The notes below the pieces were generated by a model that searched no databases, was not told the DNA's origin, and was given only the letters and a program-made list of their open reading frames with translations. From Eledone cirrhosa (Eukaryota), in the NCBI GenBank assembly GCA_964016885.1, contig OZ024752.1, positions 29,078,001 to 29,142,000 of the forward strand: 64,000 nucleotides of DNA, written 5' to 3'. The stretch's first letter is position 1; every line of letters starts with the position of its first letter. Below, piece by piece: positions 1 through 12,000 of this stretch. A program made the translations under genes and the position numbers.

Positions 1-1036
1 TGTAGCTAACAGTGGTAATAGCTCCCTGAACTTTCTCCCTCCCGTTCTTGCTCTGGCTACTGTACTTTTGGAACACCTTCCTCCACTGCTGATTTCGTCA
101 CCCAGATAACGGAAACTGTCGACTATTTCTATAGAACTGTCTGGGTATTTGAAAGAGCTAGTATCCTGTGGGCACTTGCTACTTACTGCATCTGTGCATC
201 GGTTGCATATAAAACTGCATCCTTTGATAGCCTGCCTGTGATCCCACTACATCTTTTATGTACCCATAGCTTGCATTTGGGACATAGAATGGAATTTCTA
301 CCTACTCCTTTCCTGCACACTGAGCAAGGTCATTTCCCAGAAGGAATCTGGGCCATTTTCCTTTCTACATACTAGGACTTTAGTCTGACACTTTAAGATC
401 TTTTGGTTCTAGGCCATGCTTCTAGGTTTGGAATATTTTCTCTAGTTCAGCCACAGATTCAGCTATGAGAGTTAGATCATCTGCATAAAGAGGTTCCCAT
501 GGGCAGCCAGTAATAAACTCTGCTGTTATAACCTGTAGGGCAATAATAAACAAGAGAGGGCTAAGGGCGGAGCCCTGATGAACACCTACCTGTACGCTAA
601 ATTCTTCACTATAGCCATTGTTAATTCTAACCTTGCTGACTGTTCCTCTATACATGGCTTGTACAGCTTTCAGAAGTCACTCATCTACTCCTATTTTCTA
701 AGAGCCCACCAGATAATGGAGCGGGGGACTCTGTCAAAGGCTTTCTCTAAGCCAACAAAAGCTAAGTAGAGGGGTTTACTTTTAGCTAGGTACTTCTGCA
801 GTTGCCTCACAGAGAAGAGAGCATGTGGTACTTTAACCTGGCACAAATCTAAACTGCATTTCATCAAGGTTAATTCGGTCCCTGATCAGCTGTGTGATAA
901 CTCTTTCTATAACCTTTATGACCTGGTCAACCAGCTTAGTGCCTCTATACTTTTCTCTGTCTAGAGTATCTTCTCTACCCTTGTAGCAGTTGATGATGCT
1001 GCTGCTACACCCGTCATTTGGTATGACCCCATTTTG
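1..1036 (-). mobile_element. RTE-clade LINE fragment (RT domain, degraded)
   Basis: Minus-strand VGVHQGSALSPLLF, LYADDL, AFDRVP remnants. Confidence 0.85.
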
Positions 1037-1799
1037 TATTAATTGTTATAATTATATTAAAAGTTAAATAGAGATAAGAATTTTTATTTATCAAAGGAAA
1101 CAGCCCATGATATTTGGAGCATTATTGCAAACGATACTTCGGTCAGATAAGATACCAAAGAATAAATCAAGAATTTTGTGGTTAATAGCCAAGTACCTCC
1201 AAACATCACAAATGACATGGATTGAAAAATGTAATTTTCCTGCAATGGGTGATGTTTAGAATTTGTGATTTTATATTAAGTTGCTATTTTTACTCTGCCT
1301 TACTGTATATTAATACTAGTATCATGATGCCATGATTTTAGATCAATAATGTATGTTTAGTGTTATCAGTCATGTCATAGCAAGTATTTTCCCCCCTACT
1401 TACATCATGGGATTTCGAAGTTAGTCTTAGGGTCAATTAAAATAACATTGCTTTTATTGTTGCTATTTTTAATTAAATTTGATCAAAGATGATATATGTA
1501 ATTAGCTGGCTTAACTTGTACCTCTTATCTTTAATGATAATGTTTCGCTTATTAGTAATTAGTGAGAGTCTAGGCTTTTATACTAACAAAAATAATTACG
1601 ACTTCAATGAGATAGAATTATGAAAAGAACAAATGGCAATAAAAAGAAAAAAAAAAATGAAGAATCCATTTATTTTTAGGCTTTATCTCCAAAGGGAGCC
1701 TTTCGTTAAGAGTCATTATGAGGAACAGCCAAATAAAATAGAGGATTAGCAATTTTAATTATCTCTCTAACATTACCTGGAATGTTTTGATTAGAAATA

Positions 1800-2570
1800 T
1801 CCACTTTTTCCATCCCGTTCTGACTCTGGCTACTGTACTTTCAAAGCACCCTCCACCACTGCTGATTTTGTCACCCAGGTAATGGAAAGTGTCCCCTATT
1901 TCTATAGAACCATCTGGGCAATAGAAGGAGCTAGTATCCTGTGGGCGCTTGCTGCTTATTGCACCTGAGCATCGGCCACATATAAAATCTATGTTCTTAG
2001 ATAGCTACCTGTGATCCCACTACATCTTTAATGTACCCATAGTTTGCATTTGGGACATAAAATGGAATTTCTGCCTACTCCTTTCCTACACATTGAGCAT
2101 GGCCATTTCCCAGAGGGCACCTGTGCCCTATTTTCCTTTCTACATACTAGAACTTTAGTCTGAGACAAGTTAACTTTAAGGCCTTTTGATTCTAGGCTAT
2201 GCTTCCATGTTTGGAATTTCTTCTCTAGTTCAGCCATAGATTCAGCTGTGAGAGTTAGATCATCTGCGTATAGAAGTTCCCATGGGCAGCCGGTCTTGAA
2301 CTCCTCTGTTATAGCCTGAAGGGCAATAATAAATAGGAGGGGCTAAGGACAGAGCCTTGATGAACACTAACGTTTACGCTAAATTCTTCACTATATTCAT
2401 TGTTAATTCTAACCTTGCTGACTGTTTCTTTATACATGGCTTGTATAGCTCTCACAAGCCATTCATCTACACCTAGTTTTCTAAGAGCCCATCAGATAAT
2501 GGAACAGGTACTCTGTCAAAGGCTTTCTCAATTTCAACAAAAGCTAAGTAGAGAGGTTTACTTTTAGCTA
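1800..2570 (-). mobile_element. RTE-clade LINE fragment
   Basis: Homologous to 1-800; GLKVN..KTKV and KWPCSMCRKGVG remnants. Confidence 0.85.
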
Positions 2571-2571
2571 A

Positions 2572-2826
2572 TGGTCTCTGTTGTTTTTTTCTGGGTTACA
2601 TCATTACCCTAATGATCCCTGTTGTTTTTTTCTGGGTTACATCATTACCCTAATGGTCCCTGTTGTTTTTTTCTGAGTTGCATCATTACCCTAATGGTCC
2701 CTGTTCTGTTTTTTCTGGGTTACATCATTACCCTAATGGTCCCTGTTCTGTTTTTTCTGGGTTGCATCATTACCCTAATGATCCCTGTTTTGTTTTTTCT
2801 GGGTTGCATCATTACCCTAATGGTCT
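2572..2826. repeat. minisatellite, 41-42 bp unit, about 6 copies
   Basis: ttttctgggttacatcattaccctaatggtccctg repeated. Confidence 0.9.
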
Positions 2827-3062
2827 ATTATTAACAGAACTTGATGGTTGTACTCCCTTATTATACTGAACTTCCTATTCCTGTATTTCCAGTCTCCTTC
2901 CCCAGATTTCACATAAAACATCACATGCAATTCTTCATTCTGAGAATATCAGGTCTCTAGAACTGCTTTCATTCCCCTATTTTTTCACAATACATCAGAC
3001 TACATTAGTTCAATATCCATGTTATCATCACTCATTTTCACACATCACACTTATTGTTTTAG

Positions 3063-3108
3063 AGAACCCCATATGGTTTAAGAAGTGACCCTTCTTGTTT
3101 CTTTACAG
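3063..3108 (+). CDS. possible 46-nt upstream ABCA micro-exon (RTPYGLRSDPSCFFTG)
   Basis: ttattgttttAG acceptor, open frame, AG|GTAAGC donor in phase 1, compatible with the exon at 8841; no homology support. Confidence 0.3.
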
Positions 3109-3134
3109 GTAAGCTAAAATAAGCAATCATCACT

Positions 3135-3768
3135 GTAAAACTCATATCATATGAATAAAAAAACCTAAAACTTATATCATATGAATATCAAATCCTAAAA
3201 CTTATATCATATGAATATCATATCCTAAAACTCATATCATATGAATATCGTATCCTAAAACTGATAACATATGAATATCGTATCCTAAAACTGATATCAT
3301 ATGAATATCGTATCATAATACTCATATCATATGAATATTGTATCATAATACTCATATCATATGAATATCGTATCATAATACTCATATCATATGAATATCG
3401 TATCATAATACTCATATCATATGAATATCGTATCTTAAAACTTATATCATATGAATATCATATCCTAAAACTGATATCATATGAATATCGTATCATAAAA
3501 CTGATATCATATGAATATCATATCCTAAAACTCATATCATAGGAATATCGTATCATAAAACTGATATCATATGAATATCATATCCTAAAACTCATATCAT
3601 ATGAATATTGTATCATAAAACTCATATCATATGAATATTGTATCATAAAACTCATATCATATGAATATTGTATCATAAAACTCATATCATATGAATATCA
3701 TATCATAAAACTGATATCATATGAATATCATATCCTAAACTCATATCATATGAATATCATATAAAACT
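3135..3768. repeat. minisatellite, 30 bp unit, about 21 copies
   Basis: aaaactcatatcatatgaatatcgtatcct repeated. Confidence 0.95.
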
Positions 3769-4199
3769 CGTGTCAGCTTAGAAATCAATATAGAACTTTT
3801 GAAGAGAATGAAAAGGGTATTGTTTCTTTGTTGAAACCCTCGTGACATGAATAGAACCGGGTATGAGATATATAGAGAGGAGTGATATGTAGATACTTTC
3901 ATTGGATGACTAGTATTACAAATATTTAGGAACAATAGGTTAAGAGGTCAGGATTTGAAAATGTAACACTGACTGATGAAAGCTGATGCAATAAATAGTA
4001 TAAAAAACAAAATTATTCAATTTATGTTAGTGTAACACATAGCAATTAAATTATGCCTAGAATTTCATATATTTCTGAAATAATAGATATTTATGGTGAT
4101 TTCAGAATATATCAAAAGATTGAAAATATATTCCATGAAGATATAAATAACTGTTTCTGGCTAGATTTCTACGACTGGATGCCTTTTCTAACGCCAACC

Positions 4200-5272
4200 A
4201 CATTTACAGTGTGTGCTGGGTGCTTTTTGCCATATCTCCTACACGACCACTTTACAGAGTGGGTTGGGTGCTTTTTGTTGTGACACCTACACGACCACTT
4301 TACAGAGTGGGTTGGGTGCTTTTTGCCGTATCTCCTACACGACCACTTTACAGAGTGGGTTGGGTGCTTTTTGCCATATCTCCTACACGACCACTTTACA
4401 GAGTGGGTTGGGTGCTTTTTGTTGTGACACCTACACGACCACTTTACAGAGTGGGTTGGGTGCTTTTTGCCGTATCTCCTACACGACCACTTTACAGAGT
4501 GGGTTGGGTGCTTTTTGCCATATCTCCTACACGACCACTTTACAGAGTGGGTTGGGTGCTTTTTGTTGTGACACCTACACGACCACTTTACAGAGTGGGT
4601 TGGGTGCTTTTTGTTGTGACACCTACACGACCACTTTACAGTGTGGGTTGGGTGCTTTTTGTTGTGACACCTACACGACCACTTTACAGAGTGGGTTGGG
4701 TGCTTTTTGTTGTGACACCTACACGACCACTTTACAGTGTGTGCTGGGTGCTTTTTGCCATATCTCCTACACGACCACTTTACAGAGTGGGTTGGGTGCT
4801 TTTTGTTGTGACACCTACACAACCACTTTACAGAGTGGGTTGGGTGCTTTTTGCCGTATCTCCTACACGACCACTTTACAGAGTGGGTTGGGTGCTTTTT
4901 GTTGTGACACCTACACGACTACTTTACAGTGTGTGCTGGGTGCTTTTTGCCATATCTCCTACACGACCACTTTACAGAGTGGGTTGGGTGCTTTTTGTTG
5001 TGACACCTACACGACCACTTTACAGAGTGGGTTGGGTGCTTTTTGCCGTATCTCCTACATAACCATTTTACAGAGTGGGTTGGGTGCTTTTTGTTGTGAC
5101 ACCTACACGACTACTTTACAGTGTGTGCTGGGTGCTTTTTTGCCATATCTCCTACACGACCACTTTACAGAGTGGGTTGGGTGCTTTTTGTTGTGACACC
5201 TACACGACCACTTTACAGAGTGGGTTGGGTGCTTTTTGCCGTATCTCCTACATAACCATTTTACAGTGTGGG
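4200..5272. repeat. minisatellite, 45 bp unit, about 24 copies, two interleaved variants
   Basis: ctacacgaccactttacagagtgggttgggtgctttttg(ccatatctc/ttgtgacac); unit also found inside RTE 3' UTR/SINE copies. Confidence 0.95.
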
Positions 5273-5599
5273 CTGATATTTACTGTGCTGGTATAGAGTT
5301 GTGAAAATAAGTATTATGTACAAGTAATACATAGAAAAGTGTAATTATCTCTAAAAATAATTAATTAACAACACAGAATCTTGTTCATTCAACTAAAACT
5401 TTTCCTGTGATACAAAGATAATCAATTTGCTATTGGAGCAGAGTTGGCTGCCTGCAGGTGCAAGCCCCATGAGGTGTAGTGGCTGTTCCACCCTGTCTCC
5501 TTCGCTGTCCTCTGGAGCTATGTATTCTCGCTCCATCCTGTCAGCTGGGATCAAACCACTTTAAGTTATGTTCCAAACATTACTGAGATTATGATAATA

Positions 5600-5741
5600 T
5601 TGGTGGATTGGAAGTATCGGTAGAGTTATGACCCTTTACGTTTGAGTTCAAATCCTGCCGAGGTTAGCTTTGCCTTTCAATAAAACACCAGTAATGCACT
5701 GGGGGGTAATTGCTGGCCTTGTGCCAAAAGTAGAAACAATA
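5600..5741 (+). mobile_element. tRNA-derived SINE family A (Meta/MESC-like core)
   Basis: B-box gagttcaaatcc followed by tttgcctttc...accagtaatgcactggg; about 15 copies in window. Confidence 0.75.
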
Positions 5742-5977
5742 TTATTGATCTCATATTGGCACAAAGTATGTTGGCGAGACACAGTTGATTAAAAGGATTC
5801 AATATTAGGTGTTATTAATTTTTAACTTAGGCACAAGGAAACAATATCCCTGGTCTATTATACAACATTAAGTATAGGCTCATTACTCTCAGACACATAT
5901 TTATGGAAACAGCTCTTCTCCATCTGAACACAGTCCTCCATGCTGATAAGACTCTTCCACCTTCAGCTCTCTTTAAC

Positions 5978-6194
5978 CCTTTAGCATTTACATTACTCTA
6001 TATATACTATTATATTTTCACGATAAAGACTTTACCTTGCATAATTATCTCACATATCAAATCTATGAGATTTTGATATTATTTATTTTGAGAACCATAA
6101 CTTGACATCAATATGAGTGGCCAGTTATGGCTGGTTTGAACAGAAAGAAGTGAGATAATTCTGGCCGGATACGGCCTGTTTAAATGCTAAAGAG
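5978..6194. mobile_element. TTAA-flanked piggyBac-type MITE
   Basis: ttaa-CCCTTTAGCATTTA ... TAAATGCTAAAGAG-ttac; about 9 related copies. Confidence 0.75.
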
Positions 6195-6509
6195 TTACGT
6201 ACAGTTTATCAACATCACCTTTCTTATGAAACATACTGTAGGTAAACGGAAAAAATGAAACGAAATTTCATTTCCCACTCTTAGTACGGCTGTTACTTAA
6301 ATATAAGTATGTACACGTACATACATATATGTATACAGACGTACAGTAGTATGTATATATATATACATACATGCACACATATATATATGTACGTATGGAT
6401 TCACCGAACATTTATTATAATGTTCGGTGTGTTTGTAAACAAACATCCCGTATTAAGCTGTACTGTCTAGAAACCATCGTTGCTCGTTTGTTCAACACTG
6501 ACAAAGGAA

Positions 6510-6550
6510 CGCTGTACTAGTTTCAAGCTTATTAGCTATCATCAGCAACG
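6510..6550 (-). ncRNA. minimal type I hammerhead ribozyme motif
   Basis: Minus strand: cgttg CTGATGA tagc taataa gctt GAAA ctag TA cagcg. Confidence 0.7.
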
Positions 6551-6641
6551 TATACCTTCTTGCCAGATTGTTGAACATATATACTTACCTTAATATGCAT
6601 AAGGTAAGTATATACGTTCAACAATCTGGCAGGAAGGTATA

Positions 6642-6682
6642 CGTTGCTGACGATAGCTAATAAGCTTGAAACTAGTACAGCG
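6642..6682 (+). ncRNA. minimal type I hammerhead ribozyme motif
   Basis: cgttg CTGACGA tagc taataa gctt GAAA ctag TA cagcg; helix I cgttg/cagcg, palindromic helix III ACTAGT, predicted GUA cleavage after 6677. Confidence 0.7.
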
Positions 6683-6999
6683 TTCCTTTGTCAGTGTTGA
6701 ACAAACGAGCAACGATGGTTGCTAGACACTGTACGGCTTAATACGGGATGTTTGTTTACAAACACACCGAGCATTATAATAAATGTTCGGTGAATCCATA
6801 CGTACATATATATATGTGTGCATGAATGTATATATATATATACATACTACTGTACGTCTGTATACATATATGTATGTACGTGTACATACTTATATACTGT
6901 AGGTAGTTGTTGATTCCTTTGTCTTTCTACCCAGTTCCAACTGTCTGATAGGTATTGAAGATTTCTCAAGAGTGTCAGTTACAAAGCTTAGCTAGATGT

Positions 7000-7270
7000 G
7001 ATTCTATCACAGCTGAACACATTGCTGTCCTTTCTCATTAAACTCTGCCAAATCCAATGCTGTGCAGGGGTGTTCCAGCAGGGGGCATATCAGGAAGTGC
7101 TGCGTAGTCTGTGGTTCGATGTTGCAGTCACACACAATGTCCCACCCTTTAAATATCCCCATTTTGTCAGATTAGCTTTTGCACGACCAGCACCAGATCT
7201 TAATCTGTTGAGGCATTTCCACACTGCATAATTATTTGTATCTGCTCTGGGGGCAGTGGCTCGAAGTACC
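7000..7270 (-). mobile_element. non-LTR retrotransposon C-terminal fragment
   Basis: WKCLNRLRSGAGRAKANLTKWGY followed by a decayed Cys motif, typical of LINE ORF2 C-termini. Confidence 0.55.
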
Positions 7271-7271
7271 A

Positions 7272-7545
7272 ATAGGAAAAATAGAACAGAGGTGAAATTA
7301 GCAGCTAAATTACATGAGGCGATTAGAGTGGTATTGCAACCAATGTGCTAGCTGTGAGAATGGCACTTGACTATTTCTTCAAAGTGAAACACAAAGGTTG
7401 CATTGTCAGAACCAAGGCGCATGCTTTAAGAAATAAGGAAACAAAAGCTATTCGATAGGCCCAAGTGACAGAGGTGCAACGCAGCAACAAAGCATGACAG
7501 CGCATGACAAATCATGACAGCTGTGTACTGCTCGATTCTAAGTAG
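7272..7545 (+). mobile_element. old fragment of Tx1/L1-type LINE ORF2
   Basis: Colinear nucleotide similarity to about 54195-54460 (e.g. gcacttgactatttcttcaaagtgaaacacaaaggttgc vs gcactggaccagttcttcgatgcgaaacacgaaggctgc). Confidence 0.65.
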
Positions 7546-7724
7546 TATCCCAATTTATACCAACTCTAACTTTGCCGGAATCCTGCACAATATATCAAGC
7601 CTCTGAGATCAGGGACAAATTTGAGGCCAATCAAGTTTTCATCTAGCAACTGATTGCTAGATTTTTTGAAAAAAAACAAAAAAACACAAAATAAATTATT
7701 ATTATTATTATAGATTGGCATTAT

Positions 7725-8075
7725 CGATAGAGTGTCAGACACCGTGCTTTGCAACATAAAGTCATGGCCCTTTACGTTCTGAGTTCAGATCCTGCCGAGG
7801 TTAACTTTGCCTTTCATCCTTACGGAGTCGATAAAATAAAGAACCAGTAATGCACTGGGGTCGATTTAATCGAGTTTCCCTTCCCCAAAATTGCTGCTGT
7901 TGTGCCTATATAAGAAACCATTTGCTTTGCAGCAAAGAGTTACGGCCCTTTATTGTCTGAGTTCAAATCCCGCCAAGGTTAATTTTGCCTTTCATCCTTA
8001 TGGGGGTCGATAAAATAAAGTACCAGTAATACACTGGGATAATTGCTGGCCTTGTGCCAAAAGTAGAAACCATTA
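7725..8075 (+). mobile_element. two tandem SINE family A copies
   Basis: gttctgagttcagatcctgccgaggttaactttgcctttcatcctt...gtcgataaaataaag twice. Confidence 0.8.
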
Positions 8076-8546
8076 TTATAAAGTAGAAGCAGTCTTCAGG
8101 GCCTGGTTTATAATACCACGTAGATGATGCCATTGCTTAAATGTTGATTCCTTGTCTTCTTTCTTTAATATCGTAAAGAGCTTTCAAAACTAAATGGTCT
8201 TGGGTCCCAAATAATAGGGTGTGTTTGTGTGTGTGTATGTGTGTGTGTGTGTGTGTAATAAGGGCGGGGGAGGGCTGCTAGAATAAGTGGTGGTAGTGGT
8301 GGCGGCATTTGGAAAATTGGTAATTTTTCCAGGTTGTCTCTTGATTTAAAAAAAAAAACAGAATTAGTTGCTTAGTCTATATATTGAGACCCCAACCCAT
8401 CCTATTTATTTAATAAGATATAGGATTTCTAGTAATGTTTTTTTTGTCATGTTTAAAGTTTTTTTAATGTATAAAGAAAATTAATTGTTGCAGGAACAAA
8501 TGTTACCACTTAAAATAAAATTTCAATTTCACTGGAGATAGATTAA

Positions 8547-8754
8547 CCCTTTAGCATTTAAACCAGTCATATCCGGCCAGAATTCTCTCTCCTCTTTCTG
8601 TTCACACCAGCCCTAACTGGCCACTCATACTGATGTTAAGGTATTGTTCTCAAAATAAATAATATCAAAATCTCATAGCTTCGATATTATGTGAGATAAA
8701 GCCTTCTCCATTAAAATACAATAGTATATATAGAGAAATGTAAATATTAAAGGG
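8547..8754. mobile_element. TTAA-flanked piggyBac-type MITE
   Basis: TTAA|CCCTTTAGCATTTA ... TAAATATTAAAGGG|TTAA. Confidence 0.8.
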
Positions 8755-8840
8755 TTAACAACATTTAAGTGTGTGATTATTGGAGACCCAAGAGTAATAA
8801 GACCAAATAGTTTCAATTATCTCTTCTTTTTATATTCCAG

Positions 8841-9074
8841 GTTTTCTTTCCGAAGACGAAATGGTATCACATTTAGTCTCCAATGGATCTCTAATGAAGA
8901 AAAGTGGTGTTGTCTTTCAAAATATGTCTTCAATAAACACTTTTGATATGTTGTTGAAAATAAGGCTTTCTTCAAGTTCTCCCAATCGAGTCAAATGGAA
9001 TACTGATCGGATGTTTCCATTATTTCAAACATTTCAACCAAGAGTGCAATATTCAAATTGTGGAGTTAATCCAG
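8841..9074 (+). CDS. ABCA3: ABCA exon (extracellular domain 1: GFLSEDEMV...[11 protein letters not shown]...GVNP)
   Basis: tattccAG acceptor, G|GTAAAA donor, 234 nt, W-T-xx-FP motif. Confidence 0.8.
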
Positions 9075-12000
9075 GTAAAACGTAATTTCAATTTGGAATT
9101 TCTTCTGTGTCTAAGTAGTTTCTATTATTCATTAATCTATACATATTAGTACTATATATTAATGATGTATAATAGTAATGACATATAATAATATAATAGT
9201 TATTCTTTTTGTAATGTACTCTCATTATTATAATTGTGCCAAAAGTAGAAATCATCATCATCATCATTTTACGTCCGCTTTTCCCTGCTTGCAAGGGTGG
9301 GACGGGTCTTATTCAGCCCAGCATCTCTCCACTTGTCACGGTCCTCCGTTATCTCCACCGTGAGCTTCAGCGATCTGAGGTCTGTTCTCACCACCTACGC
9401 TCATGTTTTTCGTGGTCTACCTCTACCACGTCTCCCTTCAACTGGCATTTCCTGGCACTTCTTCACCCATCGGTCATCCTCCATGCGCATCACATGTCCA
9501 TACCACCGCAGTCTCCTCTCTTGCACACTACATTCTATCCCTCTCAGACACAGTTTCTCTCTCAACACATCCATGCTGGGTTGTTCACGCACATTGACAT
9601 TGCACATCCAACAGCATGCTTACCTCATTTCTCTCCAGCCGTTGCATATCCTCTGCAGTTGCTGCCCAAGTCTCACTATCATGCAGCATCGCGCTCCTCA
9701 CACAGGCATCATATAACCGGCCTTTCGTACGCAGGGAGAAACCCTTCTTTGTCAGCAGAGGAAGCAGCTCCCTAAACTTCTTCCAATCCGTCCTTATTCT
9801 AGATACTATGGCCTCGGAACACTCCCCTCCCATGTTAATCTGATCTCCTAGGTACCGGAAGCTATCCACCACTTCTATAGCACCCGCCTGCATTTGAAAA
9901 ATGTGTCTATCAATGCGACTTCTACTGTACATCTACTGCATACGTATTTCTCCCTACCTGTTAGTTTGTCTGCTATCCCACTACATCTCTTGTGTATCAA
10001 GGATCTGCATTGTGTGCATTTTATAGAATTTATGCCAGTTCCTTTTCTGCATATCGAACATGGCCATTTCCCTGACGGAATCAGAGTTTTATTCTCTTTT
10101 CTACTCATCAAAACTTTTGTCATAGCTAGGTTCACTCTCAGTCCTCTTGCTTCCAACTGCTGTTTCCATAGCCAGAATTTATTCTCTAGCTCCTCTACTG
10201 ATTCTGCTATAAGAACCAGATCGTCAGCATAGAGAAGTTCCTATGGACAGCCAGTCTTAAACTCCTCTGTTATGGCTTGGAGGACTATAATGAACAAGAG
10301 CAGGCTGAGGACCGAACCCTGATGTACTCCTACTTGTATCTGGAATTCCTCACTAAACTCCATTCCTACTCTCACTTTACTGACAGCACCTCTGTACAAA
10401 GTTTGCAGTCCTCACAAGCTATTCCTCAACACCTAGTTTCCTTAGGGACCACCAGATGACAGACCGGGGTACCCTATCAAAGGCCTTCTCTAGGTCAACA
10501 AAGGCTAAGTATAGTGGCTTATTTTTCTCTAAGAACCTCTCTTGTAATTGTCTCACCAAGAAGAGGGCATCTGTTGTACTTTTCCCAGGCACAAAACCAA
10601 ACTGCATCTCATCTAGTTTGACCCTTTCTCTAATTAGTTGTACTAATATCCTTTCTGCCACTTTCATAACCTGATCCATCAGTTTTATACCCCTATAATT
10701 GCTCCTCTCCAGAGCATCCCCTTTACCTTTGTAGTAATTTATGAGAATACTGCTGCACCAGTCTTTGGGTATGACACCACCATATATAGCCTGATTGATG
10801 ATGCGTGCAACCAGTTTAGTGCCTACATCCCCTGATGCCTTCAGCATCTCAGCAACTATCCCCGATGGTCCAGCAGCCTTACCATTTTTCATTTCCTTAA
10901 TCGCCTCTCGGACCCTATATTCGTCAATCTCAATAGCTGGTCCCTCTGTTGGATCTACTGAGGGTAATTTCTCTCTCTCCCATTCGTTCTCCACATTCAT
11001 CAGTCTCTCATAATGACATTTCCAGGCCTCCTTTTTCTGATCATTCGTGACACTAAGTACACCGGCATCATTCCGGATACATTTATCTCCAAGATCATCC
11101 TGATTTACATTGACACACTGCCTTGCAATGTGGAACACTGCACGCCTCTGATCTTCCCGTCGCAGAACATTGGCAAACCTCCTACTCTCTGCCTCCCTGC
11201 GTGCTAAGTACACCTGACGTCTAGCTTCTCTCTTAGTGGCTGTATATCCTTCTCTACTCCCACCTTTTTTTCAAGCCTTCCATGCTAGTCTTTTGTCTCT
11301 AATGGCCCTATCTACTGTGCTGTTCCACCACCAGGTCATTCTCTGTCTGGTTGGAACTCTGTCAAAGCCACAAGTTTCATCAGTAGCCTGCAGTAAGTTG
11401 TCACGTAAGAAATTCCAGTTATTATCTATGTCATACAACTCTAAATCGTCTTCTTTTTTATTATACACATCTTGAAGGGCTTTCCTAAATTTGTATTTTA
11501 GTGAAAGGTCTTTTAGCTTCCAGACCTTTCTTCTCCACACCTTCCTGTATGTCTCATTCCATCTTTTTCTTACTGAGATATCACTAACGACTAACCTATG
11601 CTGTGGGGTACATTCTTCCCCAGGGTATACCTTGGTATTTGACACCATCTGCCTGTCCCGCTGCCTAACTAGTAAGAAAATAATTATTATAATTTCTATC
11701 TATCTTCACACTTCTCATTAAAGTGAAATGCTCAACCTACACACATTCAAAATGAACAACAAAGGTCATTGGCACTCTTCCCCTCTGACTAATTAAATAA
11801 AAATAATTGCTCTAATGATTTATTTCTGCCTAGTGTTGGCACTGAAGTGTGTTACTGGTAAAGGCACTTAACTCTAAATGGTCTCCTAATGTACCAATGT
11901 AGTAGGACTGTTAAAATATCCAATATATTGAAGTACATTGTTCTTCTTCTTCCACTTCTTCCTGAGAGGATCATTGGGGCAGAGCCCTCAAACACTCCTT

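Larger units (their letters stand above)
6245..6893. mobile_element. foldback element (about 295 bp arms), Penelope-like inverted pseudo-LTR, with 12-bp flanking direct repeat
   Basis: 6301-6592 is the near-perfect reverse complement of 6600-6895; atactgtaggta at 6233-6244 and 6894-6905; one hammerhead motif per arm. Confidence 0.75.

Noticed and set aside
4169-5296. Long repetitive ORFs (217-327 aa) and a CRISPR-like appearance
   Set aside because: Artefact of a stop-free 45-bp tandem unit; no unique spacers, eukaryotic intron, no cas genes.
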